39,673 bases of DNA, from NCBI GenBank assembly GCA_049324195.1, contig JBMOKZ010000406.1, positions 1 through 39,673 of the forward strand, read 5' to 3'. The position numbers and the translations under genes are program-made. The notes beneath the pieces were generated by a model that ran no database searches, was not told the DNA's origin, and saw only the letters and a program-made list of their open reading frames with translations. Source of the stretch: Candidatus Zixiibacteriota bacterium (GTDB taxonomy: Bacteria > Zixibacteria > MSB-5A5 > GN15 > FEB-12). Below are positions 7,322-16,848 of this stretch, in pieces. Within the stretch, counting starts at the first letter, position 1, and every line of letters begins with the position of its first letter.

Positions 7322-9031
7322 ATGAAATTTTGTTGGTTTTATATTTTAACTTTTATAATATTTAGCAATCCAACCACCGCACAGGAACCGCCGCTTACTT
7401 ATGACCTTCGCGACGTCAACGGCCAAAACTATGTATCGTCCGTCAAATACCAGTCCGGCGGTACCTGCTGGACCCATGGTGCCATGGCGGCTATCGAGGG
7501 CAACCTTTTAATAACCGGCAAATGGACTGCGGCCGGTGATACCGGCGAACCGAATTTGGCTGAGTACCATCTCGACTGGTGGAACGGGTTCAACCAGCAC
7601 AACAACGACGATATCGACCCTCCTGACGGCTCCGGTCTGGTGGTTCACAACGGCGGCGATTATTTGATTACCTCAGCCTATCTGACCCGGGGCGAGGGCG
7701 CCGTTAGAGATATCGATGGTCAGTCGTTTGATTCGGCTCCCCTGCGCACTGACACTTCTTACCACTATTACTATGTTCCCGATATAGAATGGTATACGAC
7801 GGATTCGAGCTTAAACAACATCGACCTGATAAAAAATAAAATCATGGAATACGGTGTTATGGGAACCTGCATGTTTTACAGCAGTTTGCTTATAGTCGAT
7901 GGTATTCATTACCAGCCCCCCGCAAACACTGCCGACCCTAACCACGCTATTGCCATTATCGGATGGGACGACACCTTGACTACTCAGGCCCCCTTACCCG
8001 GAGCCTGGCTCTGTAAAAACAGCTGGGGAAGTACCTGGAACGGCGACGGCACTTTCTGGATTTCCTATTATGATAAACACTGCTGTAAACATCCCGAGAT
8101 GGGCGCAATTTCTTTCCAAAATGCCCGTCTGTCAGAATATAACCGAATTTATTATCACGATTACCACGGCTGGCGTGATACCCGGACGGATATTACCGAA
8201 GCTTTCAACGCTTTTAAGGCAGTCGATGACTCCGACCTGGTCGCGGTCAGTTTTTACACTTCCGCCGACAGCGTGTCATATACAATTAAAGTATATGATC
8301 AATTCGAAAGTAATTTACTCCTCGACGAATTATCCGATGATTCCGGTTTTTTCGAATTTCGCGGATTCCATACGGTTAATCTAACGACTCCGGTTATGCT
8401 CGAAAACGGTGATTATTTCTATATCTATCTTTATCTTTCCGACGGCGGTCATGCCTACGACCGTACTTCCGAAGTCCCCGTCCTGCTGGGTTATAAAGCC
8501 ACCTATCTGGTTGAATCCTCGGCTTCACCCGGAGAAAGCTATTATCGGGACGGCGGCGTTTGGTACGACTATTATTATTCCGACGACACTCTATCGCAAA
8601 CAGCCAACTTCTGTATCAAGGGTCTGACCCGTAATATCGATTCCGACAACGACGGCATTCTCGACGACGGCGACAACAGCGGATATTCGGATGACAATCC
8701 CTGTACCGGCGGCGAGGTGAACGGATGCGACGATAACTGCCCGATTATTTACAATCCGTTTCAGGAAGACTTCAATCACAACGGTGTTGGGGATTCCTGC
8801 GAAATTTGCTGTATTGGGGTCACCGGGAACATTGACTGCGATCCCGAGCAAGTCCTGGATATAACCGATATTACCAGACTTATTGACTATCTCTATCTCA
8901 GACATGAGCCGCTTTGCTGTCTTGAAGAAGCCGACGTCAACGCCTCCGGAGGCGAACCGGACATTGCCGACATAACCCGTCTTATCGACTATCTTTACTT
9001 GAGCCATACTCCTTTGCCTGATTGCCCGTAA
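7322..9031 (+). CDS. Secreted papain-like (C1 family) cysteine peptidase with TSP type-3 repeat and C-terminal duplicated dockerin-like module
   Basis: Signal peptide [20 protein letters not shown]. Catalytic Cys in [14 protein letters not shown], His in [11 protein letters not shown], and NSWG in [14 protein letters not shown]3-like repeat [26 protein letters not shown]. The tail is [12 protein letters not shown]...[14 protein letters not shown]...[24 protein letters not shown]. Confidence 0.9.
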   Translation: MKFCWFYILTFIIFSNPTTAQEPPLTYDLRDVNGQNYVSSVKYQSGGTCWTHGAMAAIEGNLLITGKWTAAGDTGEPNLAEYHLDWWNGFNQHNNDDIDPPDGSGLVVHNGGDYLITSAYLTRGEGAVRDIDGQSFDSAPLRTDTSYHYYYVPDIEWYTTDSSLNNIDLIKNKIMEYGVMGTCMFYSSLLIVDGIHYQPPANTADPNHAIAIIGWDDTLTTQAPLPGAWLCKNSWGSTWNGDGTFWISYYDKHCCKHPEMGAISFQNARLSEYNRIYYHDYHGWRDTRTDITEAFNAFKAVDDSDLVAVSFYTSADSVSYTIKVYDQFESNLLLDELSDDSGFFEFRGFHTVNLTTPVMLENGDYFYIYLYLSDGGHAYDRTSEVPVLLGYKATYLVESSASPGESYYRDGGVWYDYYYSDDTLSQTANFCIKGLTRNIDSDNDGILDDGDNSGYSDDNPCTGGEVNGCDDNCPIIYNPFQEDFNHNGVGDSCEICCIGVTGNIDCDPEQVLDITDITRLIDYLYLRHEPLCCLEEADVNASGGEPDIADITRLIDYLYLSHTPLPDCP

Positions 9032-9062
9032 AAAAAAATTATCATAACAGCCATTTAACGAG

Positions 9063-9093
9063 AATCGCCAGCCTAAAAAGCCGGCGATTTTTT
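9063..9093 (+). terminator. Rho-independent terminator
   Basis: aatcgccagc-ctaaaaa-gccggcgatt (9 bp plus 1 mismatch) followed by a T-run, 32 nt after the peptidase stop. Confidence 0.6.
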
Positions 9094-9109
9094 ATCATTT
9101 CGGGATAAA

Positions 9110-9137
9110 TTGACAAAAAATCAAAATATATTATATT
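9110..9137 (+). promoter_or_regulatory. Sigma70-type promoter candidate TTGACA-N16-TATATT
   Basis: ttgaca at 9110-9115 and tatatt at 9132-9137. This leaves a ~135-nt leader before the ATG at 9275. Confidence 0.35.
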
Positions 9138-9274
9138 TAAGCAGAGATTGAACGACACCCTCCCCGCCCTTACTCCATAGTCTTTTCGACCGACCAGCCG
9201 CAACTCTGTCCTGACAGCGTGGTCACATACATATGCGTGTGATAAAATCGGCATGTCAATCAAAGGAGGTCACT

Positions 9275-9739
9275 ATGCCGGTCAAAAAACTAAAAGACTT
9301 TCTCGACCAGAACAATATCAAGTATTGCACGATCAACCATTCTCTGGCCTATGCGGCTCACGAAGTCGCGGCCTGCGCCAGGATTCCGGCCCGGGAGCTG
9401 GCTAAAACCGTGATTGTCAAAATTGATAATCAGCTCGCGATGGCTGTACTGCCCGCCTCGTATAAGGTCGATTTAAACCTGCTTCGCGATATTACCGGAG
9501 CGCACAGTGTCCAGCTCGCCACCGAGAACGAGTTCAAAGTCATGTTTCCTGAATGTGCTGTCGGGGCTATGCCCCCCTTCGGAAACCTGTACGGGCTCGA
9601 TGTTTATGTCGCTGAAACACTAACGGAAAACGAACAGATTTCTTTTAACGCCGGTTCTCATACCGAATTGATCAAAATGGAATTCATGGATTTCGAACGT
9701 CTGGTCAAGCCAAAAGTACTGAAATTTTCTCTGCGATAA
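9275..9739 (+). CDS. YbaK/ProX/EbsC-type aminoacyl-tRNA deacylase domain protein
   Basis: 154 aa. ATG at 9275 sits 5 nt after aaaggagg. Pattern ...LAKTVIVK...AMAVLPA...VGAMPPFGNLYG...AGSHTE is typical of the tRNA_edit domain. Confidence 0.8.
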   Translation: MPVKKLKDFLDQNNIKYCTINHSLAYAAHEVAACARIPARELAKTVIVKIDNQLAMAVLPASYKVDLNLLRDITGAHSVQLATENEFKVMFPECAVGAMPPFGNLYGLDVYVAETLTENEQISFNAGSHTELIKMEFMDFERLVKPKVLKFSLR

Positions 9740-9797
9740 CCGGGATACTCAGAATCGCCTTCTTCTTTTTAATCGGAGAGTTGATTTCAGCTTTTCA

Positions 9798-9882
9798 TGC
9801 CGGAGGCCGGACTCGAACCGGCACGGCCCAAAGGACCAAGGGATTTTAAGTCCCTGGTGTCTACCTATTCCACCACTCCGGC
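9798..9882 (-). tRNA. tRNA-Leu (anticodon TAA)
   Basis: 85 nt. Acceptor GCCGGAG/CTCCGGC plus A, anticodon loop cTTAAaa, long variable arm and a GGTTCGAGTCC T-arm. No encoded CCA. Confidence 0.9.
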
Positions 9883-9912
9883 AATAAATTGCGAAGCAAT
9901 AATTTATATTAT

Positions 9913-10083
9913 TTAACTATTCAACGCAAGGCTCTTTTTCCGACGGCCATTAATTATCAGAGCGGCCATCAAATAACCCGCTAAAGACCCCGCGTAACCA
10001 TCGGTAGAGTCATGCTTATGAGCCCTGATCCGGCTAGATCCAACCAAAGTCGACCCGCCGAAGAGAACCAGCGGCGACAACCA
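9913..10083 (-). pseudogene. Relic of the C-terminal end of a PAP2-family phosphatase
   Basis: Start-less 56-codon frame WLSPLVLFGGSTLVGSSRIRAHKHDSTDGYAGSLAGYLMAAL... It carries the PAP2 motif 3, SR-x5-H-x3-D. A TGA lies immediately upstream and the N-terminal motifs cannot be found. Confidence 0.35.
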
Positions 10084-10271
10084 GCGTCAGGAACGATATA
10101 CCGACCCCGTCAACTACCGGCGCATGACGAAACGAATCCGTTTGTTTAACGACGAAAATGACAAGATAAAAAGCAAGTAAGGTCAATTAAAAATATTTAT
10201 CGATCGATTATTTTCGTTCAAACATACGCTCAATATTAAAAGTTTACAGGTTCTTTTCCGATTTATATACC

Positions 10272-10306
10272 AAATAAAAAACGGAGCGTCTGTTCTGACG
10301 CCCCGT
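10272..10306 (-). terminator. Rho-independent terminator of the CsgG-like gene
   Basis: The minus strand reads acggggcgtc-agaaca-gacgctccgt (10 bp including one G-U) followed by ttttttatttgg. It begins 20 nt after the stop at 10326. Confidence 0.6.
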
Positions 10307-10325
10307 CGTAATAAAGCTTCCATCC

Positions 10326-11258
10326 CTAATTTTTGAACTCCACGATATCCTCGTTGACGAATCCGGAACCGGAGACCGGCACCACCGTCGTGACCCCTTC
10401 TTCGACTTCGGTAGCTTTGATTCGTCCAATATCGTCATAGACAATTTTCAATACTTTTCCGGTCTTGGGATGAGTGACAATCTTGGATTGGCGCTTGACA
10501 TCGAATTCCATTCCCGATTTGATTCCGATTTCCGTTCCGGCGTCGATAAACATTAAATCATCGGCGACAATCAGAACACCCGTCCAGGGCATATTGTCGG
10601 TCTGTTTGGAAACCAGTTCGACAATCCGGTTGATGACTTTCCGGGTCGCTTTTCCAACCACATGTTCGTCGAAACTTTTCTCGTCGTTAAACGAAAAATC
10701 TTCGGTACTGACGCCCAGCGACTTGGAATCTTCCGTCTCCGCGACATCTTCAGCAAGCAAAATTTCCGAGGTGCCTACCGAGACAATGCGCAAGTCCACA
10801 CCGACACGGGCGGTGTAAGTGGTCACGCCGCCGCCGATTGATTTACCCAGAACTTTCTTGGCCGTACCGCCGAGGGTTTCCTCTTTGTAACCGAACTCGG
10901 TAATCGTGGCTTTTACGAGAACATCGCCTATTTCCAGCTTCTTCGCGGCTTCCGTTCCGGGATTGGCCAGGTCCGACAGGCTCAAGTTTTTCTCGGTCAG
11001 CAGTTCATCAAGCGCCATCCGCTCGTAAACCCGGAATTTACCGGATTTGACCAGGGCGGTGATAAGCATGTCCGCCATCCCCTCGCCGGGGTCGTTACCG
11101 TGATACCAGTGGTGGTCGGACTTATCCTCAAACGTGCCGACAATCGCTTTTTTCTTCAAGCCGATATCCTGGGCCAGAGCCTGGTTGAAAACGGCCAGCG
11201 CCAGCAACGTTAGAAAACAAGTTATTACCGTTTTGGATACCCTTCGTTTCTCCATCAT
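10326..11258 (-). CDS. CsgG/HfaB-family periplasmic/outer-membrane secretion component homologue with extra C-terminal beta-rich domain
   Basis: Signal peptide ...LLALAVFNQALA|QD. The CsgG-like core is GEGMADMLITALVKSGKFRVYERMALDELLTEKNLS. A ~90-aa C-terminal extension follows (GVLIVADDLMFIDAGTEIGIKSGMEFDV...). Confidence 0.75.
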   Translation of the reverse strand: MMEKRRVSKTVITCFLTLLALAVFNQALAQDIGLKKKAIVGTFEDKSDHHWYHGNDPGEGMADMLITALVKSGKFRVYERMALDELLTEKNLSLSDLANPGTEAAKKLEIGDVLVKATITEFGYKEETLGGTAKKVLGKSIGGGVTTYTARVGVDLRIVSVGTSEILLAEDVAETEDSKSLGVSTEDFSFNDEKSFDEHVVGKATRKVINRIVELVSKQTDNMPWTGVLIVADDLMFIDAGTEIGIKSGMEFDVKRQSKIVTHPKTGKVLKIVYDDIGRIKATEVEEGVTTVVPVSGSGFVNEDIVEFKN

Positions 11259-11310
11259 TTACTCCTCTCCATATTCAATTAAATTTAACTGCCTCTCCTA
11301 AAAGAATAAA

Positions 11311-12726
11311 TTACAATTTAATTGTCAACCATTTACCTCGCCGATAATACTGATAAAATAAATTTGAACTTATTAAAATGGCGATACTGAATACGCACCA
11401 AACGGCGATTTCACCGAATCCGAAAACCTCGGTTACCAGCAAAATCGGCAGAACCTGGAAAACCCAGGAATGTACTATTGTAATTACCATCGCCGGCATA
11501 TTGAGTCCCACTCCGAGATGAATCTCCTCGAGCATGATAAAAGCCCCTATAAAAGGAAAACCGAGAGCGAAAATACGAAGAAGCGTGACACCGTAAGCTA
11601 TCGTCTCGGCGTTGTCGAAGAAAATTCCCAAAACGAAACGGGCAAAAACAAACGCCAACAGCGCAAATACGGTCATAATGCCAACCCCGAGCAGGATCGC
11701 CTGGTCAGCCGTTTTTTTCGCGCGATCCTTTTTGCCGCTGCCCAGATTGTGACCGATAAGTGAGGATAGTCCCAGACCGATCCCCACCAGAATCATCACC
11801 CCCAGCGAGGTAACCTGGGTACCAATGCCATAGGCCGCCACGACCGAGGTTCCGAAAGTTGCAATCATCGGCACGATTACCAACCGCGAGCCGGAAAACG
11901 ATAATTCCCCCAGCAAAGCCGGAAGGCCGATTTTAATCATTTTCCACATCGAGTTAATTTCGACCCCGACCGCCCCTTTCCAGTTCAGTTTGACATTGGT
12001 CCGATCACCGTAGAACAGGTACAAACCGGCCATAAAGGTCAGAAAATAACTCAGAACCGACGCATAGGCAGCTCCTCTGATGCCGAACTCCGGCAGACCG
12101 AAATAACCGAAAATTAAAAGAGGGTCGATAACCATATTCAGCAAATTCGAGACCAGCATCAAAATCAGCGCCATATTCGGATTGGCTACCCCCCTCATCG
12201 CCGTGAAAATCGTATAGGTCGCATACAGAATCGGCATCGCCAGAAACATCACCCGGCCGTAGGCGACACCGAGAGCGATAGCGTCGCCTTCGGCCCCGAT
12301 CAGCGACAGCATTTTTTCCGCAAAGATAAAACCGGCCAGCCCCAGCACCAGCCCGAAGAAGAGCTTCAGGATTATCGATTCCTTGATGGCTTTTTCGACC
12401 AGCTCGAAATTCTTTTCACCGTAACGCCGGGATATGATCGCCACCGAGCCGGGTCCTACCAGCTGGTTGAACGAAAAAAACAGCCACATGATGCTGTTGA
12501 AAAAAGTGATGCCGGCCACCGCCGATTCTCCCTCGGACAGCTTGGAGACCCAATAAGTGTCCACGATTCCGTAAATCTGGTGAATTAAAAATCCGAACAT
12601 CGAGGGCAGACCCATTTTCAAAATGGAGGTCAATATCGAACCTTCGGTATAGTCCTGCCTTAACTTTTCTTCAACCTGATCCATCTGACCGGATACTGCC
12701 CTTTTATGGTTTTTAAACTCACCCAT
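11311..12726 (-). CDS. MATE-family efflux transporter
   Basis: 12 TM segments, with N-terminal ILKMGLPSMFGFLIHQIYGIVDTYWVSKL typical of MatE repeats. The start is taken at the ATG at 12726 (MGEFKN), because the ORF-track start at 12780 abuts the tRNA. Confidence 0.85.
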   Translation of the reverse strand: MGEFKNHKRAVSGQMDQVEEKLRQDYTEGSILTSILKMGLPSMFGFLIHQIYGIVDTYWVSKLSEGESAVAGITFFNSIMWLFFSFNQLVGPGSVAIISRRYGEKNFELVEKAIKESIILKLFFGLVLGLAGFIFAEKMLSLIGAEGDAIALGVAYGRVMFLAMPILYATYTIFTAMRGVANPNMALILMLVSNLLNMVIDPLLIFGYFGLPEFGIRGAAYASVLSYFLTFMAGLYLFYGDRTNVKLNWKGAVGVEINSMWKMIKIGLPALLGELSFSGSRLVIVPMIATFGTSVVAAYGIGTQVTSLGVMILVGIGLGLSSLIGHNLGSGKKDRAKKTADQAILLGVGIMTVFALLAFVFARFVLGIFFDNAETIAYGVTLLRIFALGFPFIGAFIMLEEIHLGVGLNMPAMVITIVHSWVFQVLPILLVTEVFGFGEIAVWCVFSIAILISSNLFYQYYRRGKWLTIKL

Positions 12727-12788
12727 TATTTTTGACCGGAGGAGAATTTTAGAGAAGAGAGGAAAAAATAACGGTACCAATAAAAAAG

Positions 12789-12870
12789 TGGTGGGGGAAG
12801 GAATCGAACCTTCGAAGGCATCGCCGGCAGATTTACAGTCTGCTCCCTTTGACCGCTCGGGAACCCCACC
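12789..12870 (-). tRNA. tRNA-Tyr (anticodon GTA)
   Basis: 82 nt, near-identical in arms to the classic bacterial tRNA-Tyr (GGTGGGGTTCCCGAGCGG...ACTGTAAATC...GGTTCGATTCCTTCCCCCACCA), with a long variable arm. Confidence 0.9.
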
Positions 12871-12986
12871 AACAGTATATCTCTTTATCGGCCTGTCGGC
12901 CTTATTTCAAAGAAAAAGAATATAAAGACATTTTTTGAAAAAGCAACGATAAATTATCCAAATGACCGAATATCAACCCGAAAAAA

Positions 12987-14099
12987 TCACATAAAAGTCG
13001 TTCTTTCCAAAGAGGCGCTTTTTGGCTTTTTATCCAGCAGCCGGCTAATGCCCGGAACCCCCGATATCACCTCTTTTTTCAGGGCTTGATAAAGCTCCCG
13101 GTCCGGTCCCTCTTCCCGCTTTCTGATAATTTCTCGGACGAGCAAACCGAACACCGTAAACGAAAAAGCCAGCATCCCGGCCGCCATGACCAGCAGCGAC
13201 CTCCGGGGACCGGCTTTTTTCTCCGGCCGCGACGGCGCGTCGAGGATACTCACGATCGGAATATCGTTTTGAACTTCACGCCGGGCCATTTCATATTCCT
13301 GGCTCAAATAGAGATAGCTTTTCGCCTTGACCTCGATATCCATCTGATACTGGCTGAGGGCTTTGATTATTTCCGGGTCGGTGCTGCCTGCCCAGTCCCG
13401 ATTCTGCTTCTGGAATTCCTCCAGTTGGGTTTGAGCCTCTTCCAGTTCCCGCTTTCTCTCCGCCAGTTGCGTCGTCAGATAAGCGACGTTTTCTTTCGCC
13501 TGGGAACGGCGTTTGTGAATATTGAAATTTTCAAGCTCTTCAAGATAGGCCGTTAGAACCGCCCGGGACAGGTCCGCATACCTAGTCTCTACACCCAGAT
13601 TGATTACACCGTCTTTATTACTGACACTGATCGAGGATATTTTGTCAAGGGCCGCATAGAGCACATCCTTGTTATCCTCCTTGAAATACTCCGGCAGAGT
13701 TATTATCATTTTTTCCGTTTTTAGGTCGGCGATATATTTTCTCTTAAGAAGCGCCTCCTTAACCAGCCGCGATCTCAATATGACCGGAAACAGCGCCGAG
13801 GAGTTTTCATCGCTGGTCACCAGACCGCTCAATCCGGCGAGATTTTTAAGTTCCGACATCTTGTCGACCTGTCCCGACGGCAGCACGGTCGCGGTCGACA
13901 AATAAGTATTTGGCAAGAGCATGGAAACCGCCGCTGTCAAAACCATAACAGCCACGACCGTTATTATAATCATGCGCTTATGTTTCAGAATCACCCGCAA
14001 CGAGTCGACCAGAGTCAGTTCCAAAGTCGTTATCGGGTCGTTCAACTGGTAATTATCTTCACCGGAGTTCGAGCGGGTAATAGTTATCCTGTTTTTCAT
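12987..14099 (-). CDS. wzz: Polysaccharide co-polymerase / chain-length determinant (Wzz-type, no kinase domain)
   Basis: 370 aa. N-terminal TM (IIITVVAVMVLTAAVSMLLP), a long coiled-coil periplasmic region (LAERKRELEEAQTQLEEFQKQ) and a C-terminal TM preceded by PSRPEKKAGPRRSL. Confidence 0.75.
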   Translation of the reverse strand: MKNRITITRSNSGEDNYQLNDPITTLELTLVDSLRVILKHKRMIIITVVAVMVLTAAVSMLLPNTYLSTATVLPSGQVDKMSELKNLAGLSGLVTSDENSSALFPVILRSRLVKEALLKRKYIADLKTEKMIITLPEYFKEDNKDVLYAALDKISSISVSNKDGVINLGVETRYADLSRAVLTAYLEELENFNIHKRRSQAKENVAYLTTQLAERKRELEEAQTQLEEFQKQNRDWAGSTDPEIIKALSQYQMDIEVKAKSYLYLSQEYEMARREVQNDIPIVSILDAPSRPEKKAGPRRSLLVMAAGMLAFSFTVFGLLVREIIRKREEGPDRELYQALKKEVISGVPGISRLLDKKPKSASLERTTFM

Positions 14100-14325
14100 G
14101 GGTCTCTTTCATCATAAAAAGTATATTTTTCCGATAAAGAATCTTACAAACCACGTGCCGTTTTCGGCTTTTTTTTACACCCTATAAGTAACGGCAAGAC
14201 AGCACCTTACGACAACCACGAAAATGCACCTGACGAACCTTCGAGTGGAGTCGGAAAGATTTTCCGCTGACTTTTGAAAATTGTTCCGAATGAAAATAAT
14301 TACAAACGAAGTAGTATTGTCAGAT

Positions 14326-15555
14326 TTATAGTTTATGTGGCTGCTCTTCCACAACCGTTTCGGTGTGTCCCTTCAGCTGCAACTGCCGGGAACCGCCCGA
14401 ATGAGGTTTGCTAAAAAAATCATTAACGGCATTCTGAACGTAAGTACTGAATTCGTTCCGGAACCGCTCGATTGAAAATTTCTCGGCGTGTTTTCTTATT
14501 TCCCGAGAATCAAATTTGTCTGATATCTCGTCAAATCTCGAGACGGCGGCAACAACCGCTTCGGGGCTTTGTTCATTAAAGAAGATTCCGGTTTTATCGG
14601 TCGCCACCGTTTCGAGACTGCCGCCTTTCCCATAAGCGATAACCGGCGTCCCGCAGGCCTGAGCCTCGAGCGGCACGATCCCGAAATCCTCCCGGGCAGC
14701 GAAAATAAACGCCCGCGCCCGTTTCATATAATCGCGCATTACCTCGAACGGCTGAAACCCGTGCAGTTCGACATTCGCGCCCGCTCTGGCCTTGAGCCCG
14801 GCATACATGGGACCATCCCCGATTACGACCAGTTTCCTGTCCGGCATCGCGGCGAAAGCCTCGACAATTATGTCAATTTTTTTGTACGGCACCATGCGGG
14901 AAACCGTCAGGTAAAAGTCTTCCTTCTCGGCGGAAAAATCGAAACCACCCACGTTGACCGGCGGATAAATAACCGTCGCGTCCCGACCATAAACCTTCTT
15001 GATACGCCCGGCGATATAATTCGAAATCGCCACGAACTTATCCACCCCGTTAGCCGTGCGATAATCCCAAAGGCGAAGGCGGTGCAGCATATACCTCGCC
15101 AGCCAGCTTTTCATCCCCCGGTCAAGTCCGGACTCTTTCAAATACTGATGGGTCAAATCCCAGGCATATCTTATGGGTGAACAGCACATGCAAATATGCA
15201 GCTGGTCCGGGCCGGTAATGACTCCTTTCGCGACGGCGTGATTGTTCGACAGCACCAAATCATAATCGGTCATATCGAACTGTTCCACCGCCAGCGGCAT
15301 CAGCGGCAGGTAACTGCGGTATTTCGTCCGCGCCCGGGGTAATTTCTGAATAAACGAGGTCCTGATTTTTTTGTCCCGTATGAACCAGCGCAAATTATCG
15401 GACAGGAAATCGACCTGAGCATACAGGTCAGCCCGGGGAAAGAGATTCAGCATCTGTTCCACCAATCGCTCCGAGCCGGAATAATCCACGAACCATTCAT
15501 GGATAATCGCCACTCGCAAACGGGCGAGATCGACATTTTGACCGGCGGTGCTCAT
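14326..15555 (-). CDS. Glycosyltransferase family 4 (GT-B, group 1)
   Basis: E-x7-E region EDFGIVPLEAQACGTPVIAYGKGGSLETV. The ATG at 15555 shares one nucleotide with the upstream TGA (TGATG). The ORF track starts at a GTG at 15558. Confidence 0.85.
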   Translation of the reverse strand: MSTAGQNVDLARLRVAIIHEWFVDYSGSERLVEQMLNLFPRADLYAQVDFLSDNLRWFIRDKKIRTSFIQKLPRARTKYRSYLPLMPLAVEQFDMTDYDLVLSNNHAVAKGVITGPDQLHICMCCSPIRYAWDLTHQYLKESGLDRGMKSWLARYMLHRLRLWDYRTANGVDKFVAISNYIAGRIKKVYGRDATVIYPPVNVGGFDFSAEKEDFYLTVSRMVPYKKIDIIVEAFAAMPDRKLVVIGDGPMYAGLKARAGANVELHGFQPFEVMRDYMKRARAFIFAAREDFGIVPLEAQACGTPVIAYGKGGSLETVATDKTGIFFNEQSPEAVVAAVSRFDEISDKFDSREIRKHAEKFSIERFRNEFSTYVQNAVNDFFSKPHSGGSRQLQLKGHTETVVEEQPHKL

Positions 15556-16655
15556 CACTCGGAAATTTCCTTTTCCACGACATCGGCGACTGCTTTGCGG
15601 TCCGTTCGTGACGGCCGGCCGCTTCGCTTCGAACGACGGGACAGAATAAGGCTGGTGCGAGGGCGTAATCGGGTATCGATTTTCACCCCGTCAAAATCCT
15701 CGGGCGCCGTCGCCTGCCAGTGAATCAGGGAACTCGCGAAATCATAGGTAAAAGTGAAGCCTTTATCGATAAGCGCCTGCGGTACGATATGGGTCGGTGT
15801 CGCCGCCTTCCGCACCCGGACCGGATGAATCGGATTCTTGAAACCGGCCAGAACCTGAATTGTTTTCGAAATCGGTAAAAGCACCCACAGTGGTATCGAC
15901 AACACCAGAGCCCGACGGGACAGGGTTTGTTTGACGGTCTTAACCAGTTCGCCCAGCATCTGAGTCGGGGTCTCGACATAATTGTAAACGAAATATTCCA
16001 TCTCGGAATCCATCACGAAATCGATGCTGTCGAGCAACCCGTAAATATAACCATAGGATTTGTAAATTTTCGGGGAACCAGGGTAAGCGAAATAACCCCT
16101 TTTGATGGCGTTGATCATGCGCAGGATATTCCCCGGGTCGCCCGGACCGTAAATGACTCCCGGACGGGAAATCATGAGCCTCCGGCCGGGTTTGGCCCGG
16201 AGCCACATCTCGTGAATCAGCTCTGCCGGATATTTGGACCCGCCGTAAGGGGTCGAGGGCTGAATCGGGGATCCTTCGTCGGTGGGTCCGGTGGTCGGAC
16301 CGTACACCGAAATACTGCTGGTGAAATAGATATTATCACACCCGACCCGGTCGGCGTAGGCACACACGTTTCGCGCCCCGGCCAGGTTGGTCTCGAAATA
16401 CTCTTCCCGGACATGTCCCGGCTCCCGGTGAATCGCGGCCAAGTTGATAATCCACTCCGGCGGCTCCGTCACCAAATTTTCCGGTATCGGCCGACGGACA
16501 TCGGTCAGCGAGGTCGAGACACCTTTATCGCCATCCAGGGCACTCTCCCGGATATCGGCCAGATGACAATGAGTGAACCGCCCCGTCTCAAGATAATGCC
16601 TGGCGAGATGGGTCCCGATAAAGCCGGCGCCGCCGAAAATCACACAGGTACTCAT
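15555..16655 (-). CDS. NAD-dependent epimerase/dehydratase (extended SDR) with basic C-terminal tail
   Basis: GGAGFIGTHL Rossmann motif and YGGSK (YxxxK) catalytic motif. The last ~45 aa are Arg/Ser/Lys-rich (RLRPRTSLILSRRSKRSGRPSRTDRK). Confidence 0.85.
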   Translation of the reverse strand: MSTCVIFGGAGFIGTHLARHYLETGRFTHCHLADIRESALDGDKGVSTSLTDVRRPIPENLVTEPPEWIINLAAIHREPGHVREEYFETNLAGARNVCAYADRVGCDNIYFTSSISVYGPTTGPTDEGSPIQPSTPYGGSKYPAELIHEMWLRAKPGRRLMISRPGVIYGPGDPGNILRMINAIKRGYFAYPGSPKIYKSYGYIYGLLDSIDFVMDSEMEYFVYNYVETPTQMLGELVKTVKQTLSRRALVLSIPLWVLLPISKTIQVLAGFKNPIHPVRVRKAATPTHIVPQALIDKGFTFTYDFASSLIHWQATAPEDFDGVKIDTRLRPRTSLILSRRSKRSGRPSRTDRKAVADVVEKEISE

Positions 16656-16720
16656 AATGTCAATCCTTCTTCTTCGGGTTGCTCTCCCCCAAGATTCGCA
16701 TACCCTTTAAAACTTCAGGC

Positions 16721-16749
16721 AATATAACATTTTTTTGGAAAAGTTGCAA
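16721..16749 (-). promoter_or_regulatory. Internal promoter candidate TTGCAA-N17-(TGt)TATATT
   Basis: The minus strand reads ttgcaa cttttccaaaaaaatgt tatatt, with an extended -10 TG. It lies in the 193-nt gap between the wzy-like gene and the SDR gene. Confidence 0.35.
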
Positions 16750-16848
16750 ACGACCAGCCCCTTTTATTCCAGACTCGTTAAAAAGCTCTCATCTGTCTTA
16801 TCATATATAAAAAAATCTCAAACCGGCTAATCAAGAGAAAAAACGACG

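Noticed and set aside
9138-9274. A ~135-nt leader upstream of the YbaK-like gene as a possible riboswitch or T-box.
   Set aside because: I could not recognise any conserved riboswitch core or specifier/T-box sequence. The promoter assignment that creates the long leader is itself uncertain.
14155-14180. A terminator-like gccg-tttt-cggc followed by a T8 run.
   Set aside because: The stem is only 4 bp, and the T-run is on the plus strand while both neighbouring genes are on the minus strand.
15927-16727. Long antisense ORFs opposite real genes. Examples are 15927-16727, 32539-33309, 3144-3800, 34694-35338, 24415-25026, 14569-15180 and 2121-2687.
   Set aside because: Each is fully embedded antisense to a gene with strong family motifs. 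Their translations are Arg/Gly/Pro-rich with no recognisable domains, as expected from shadow frames.
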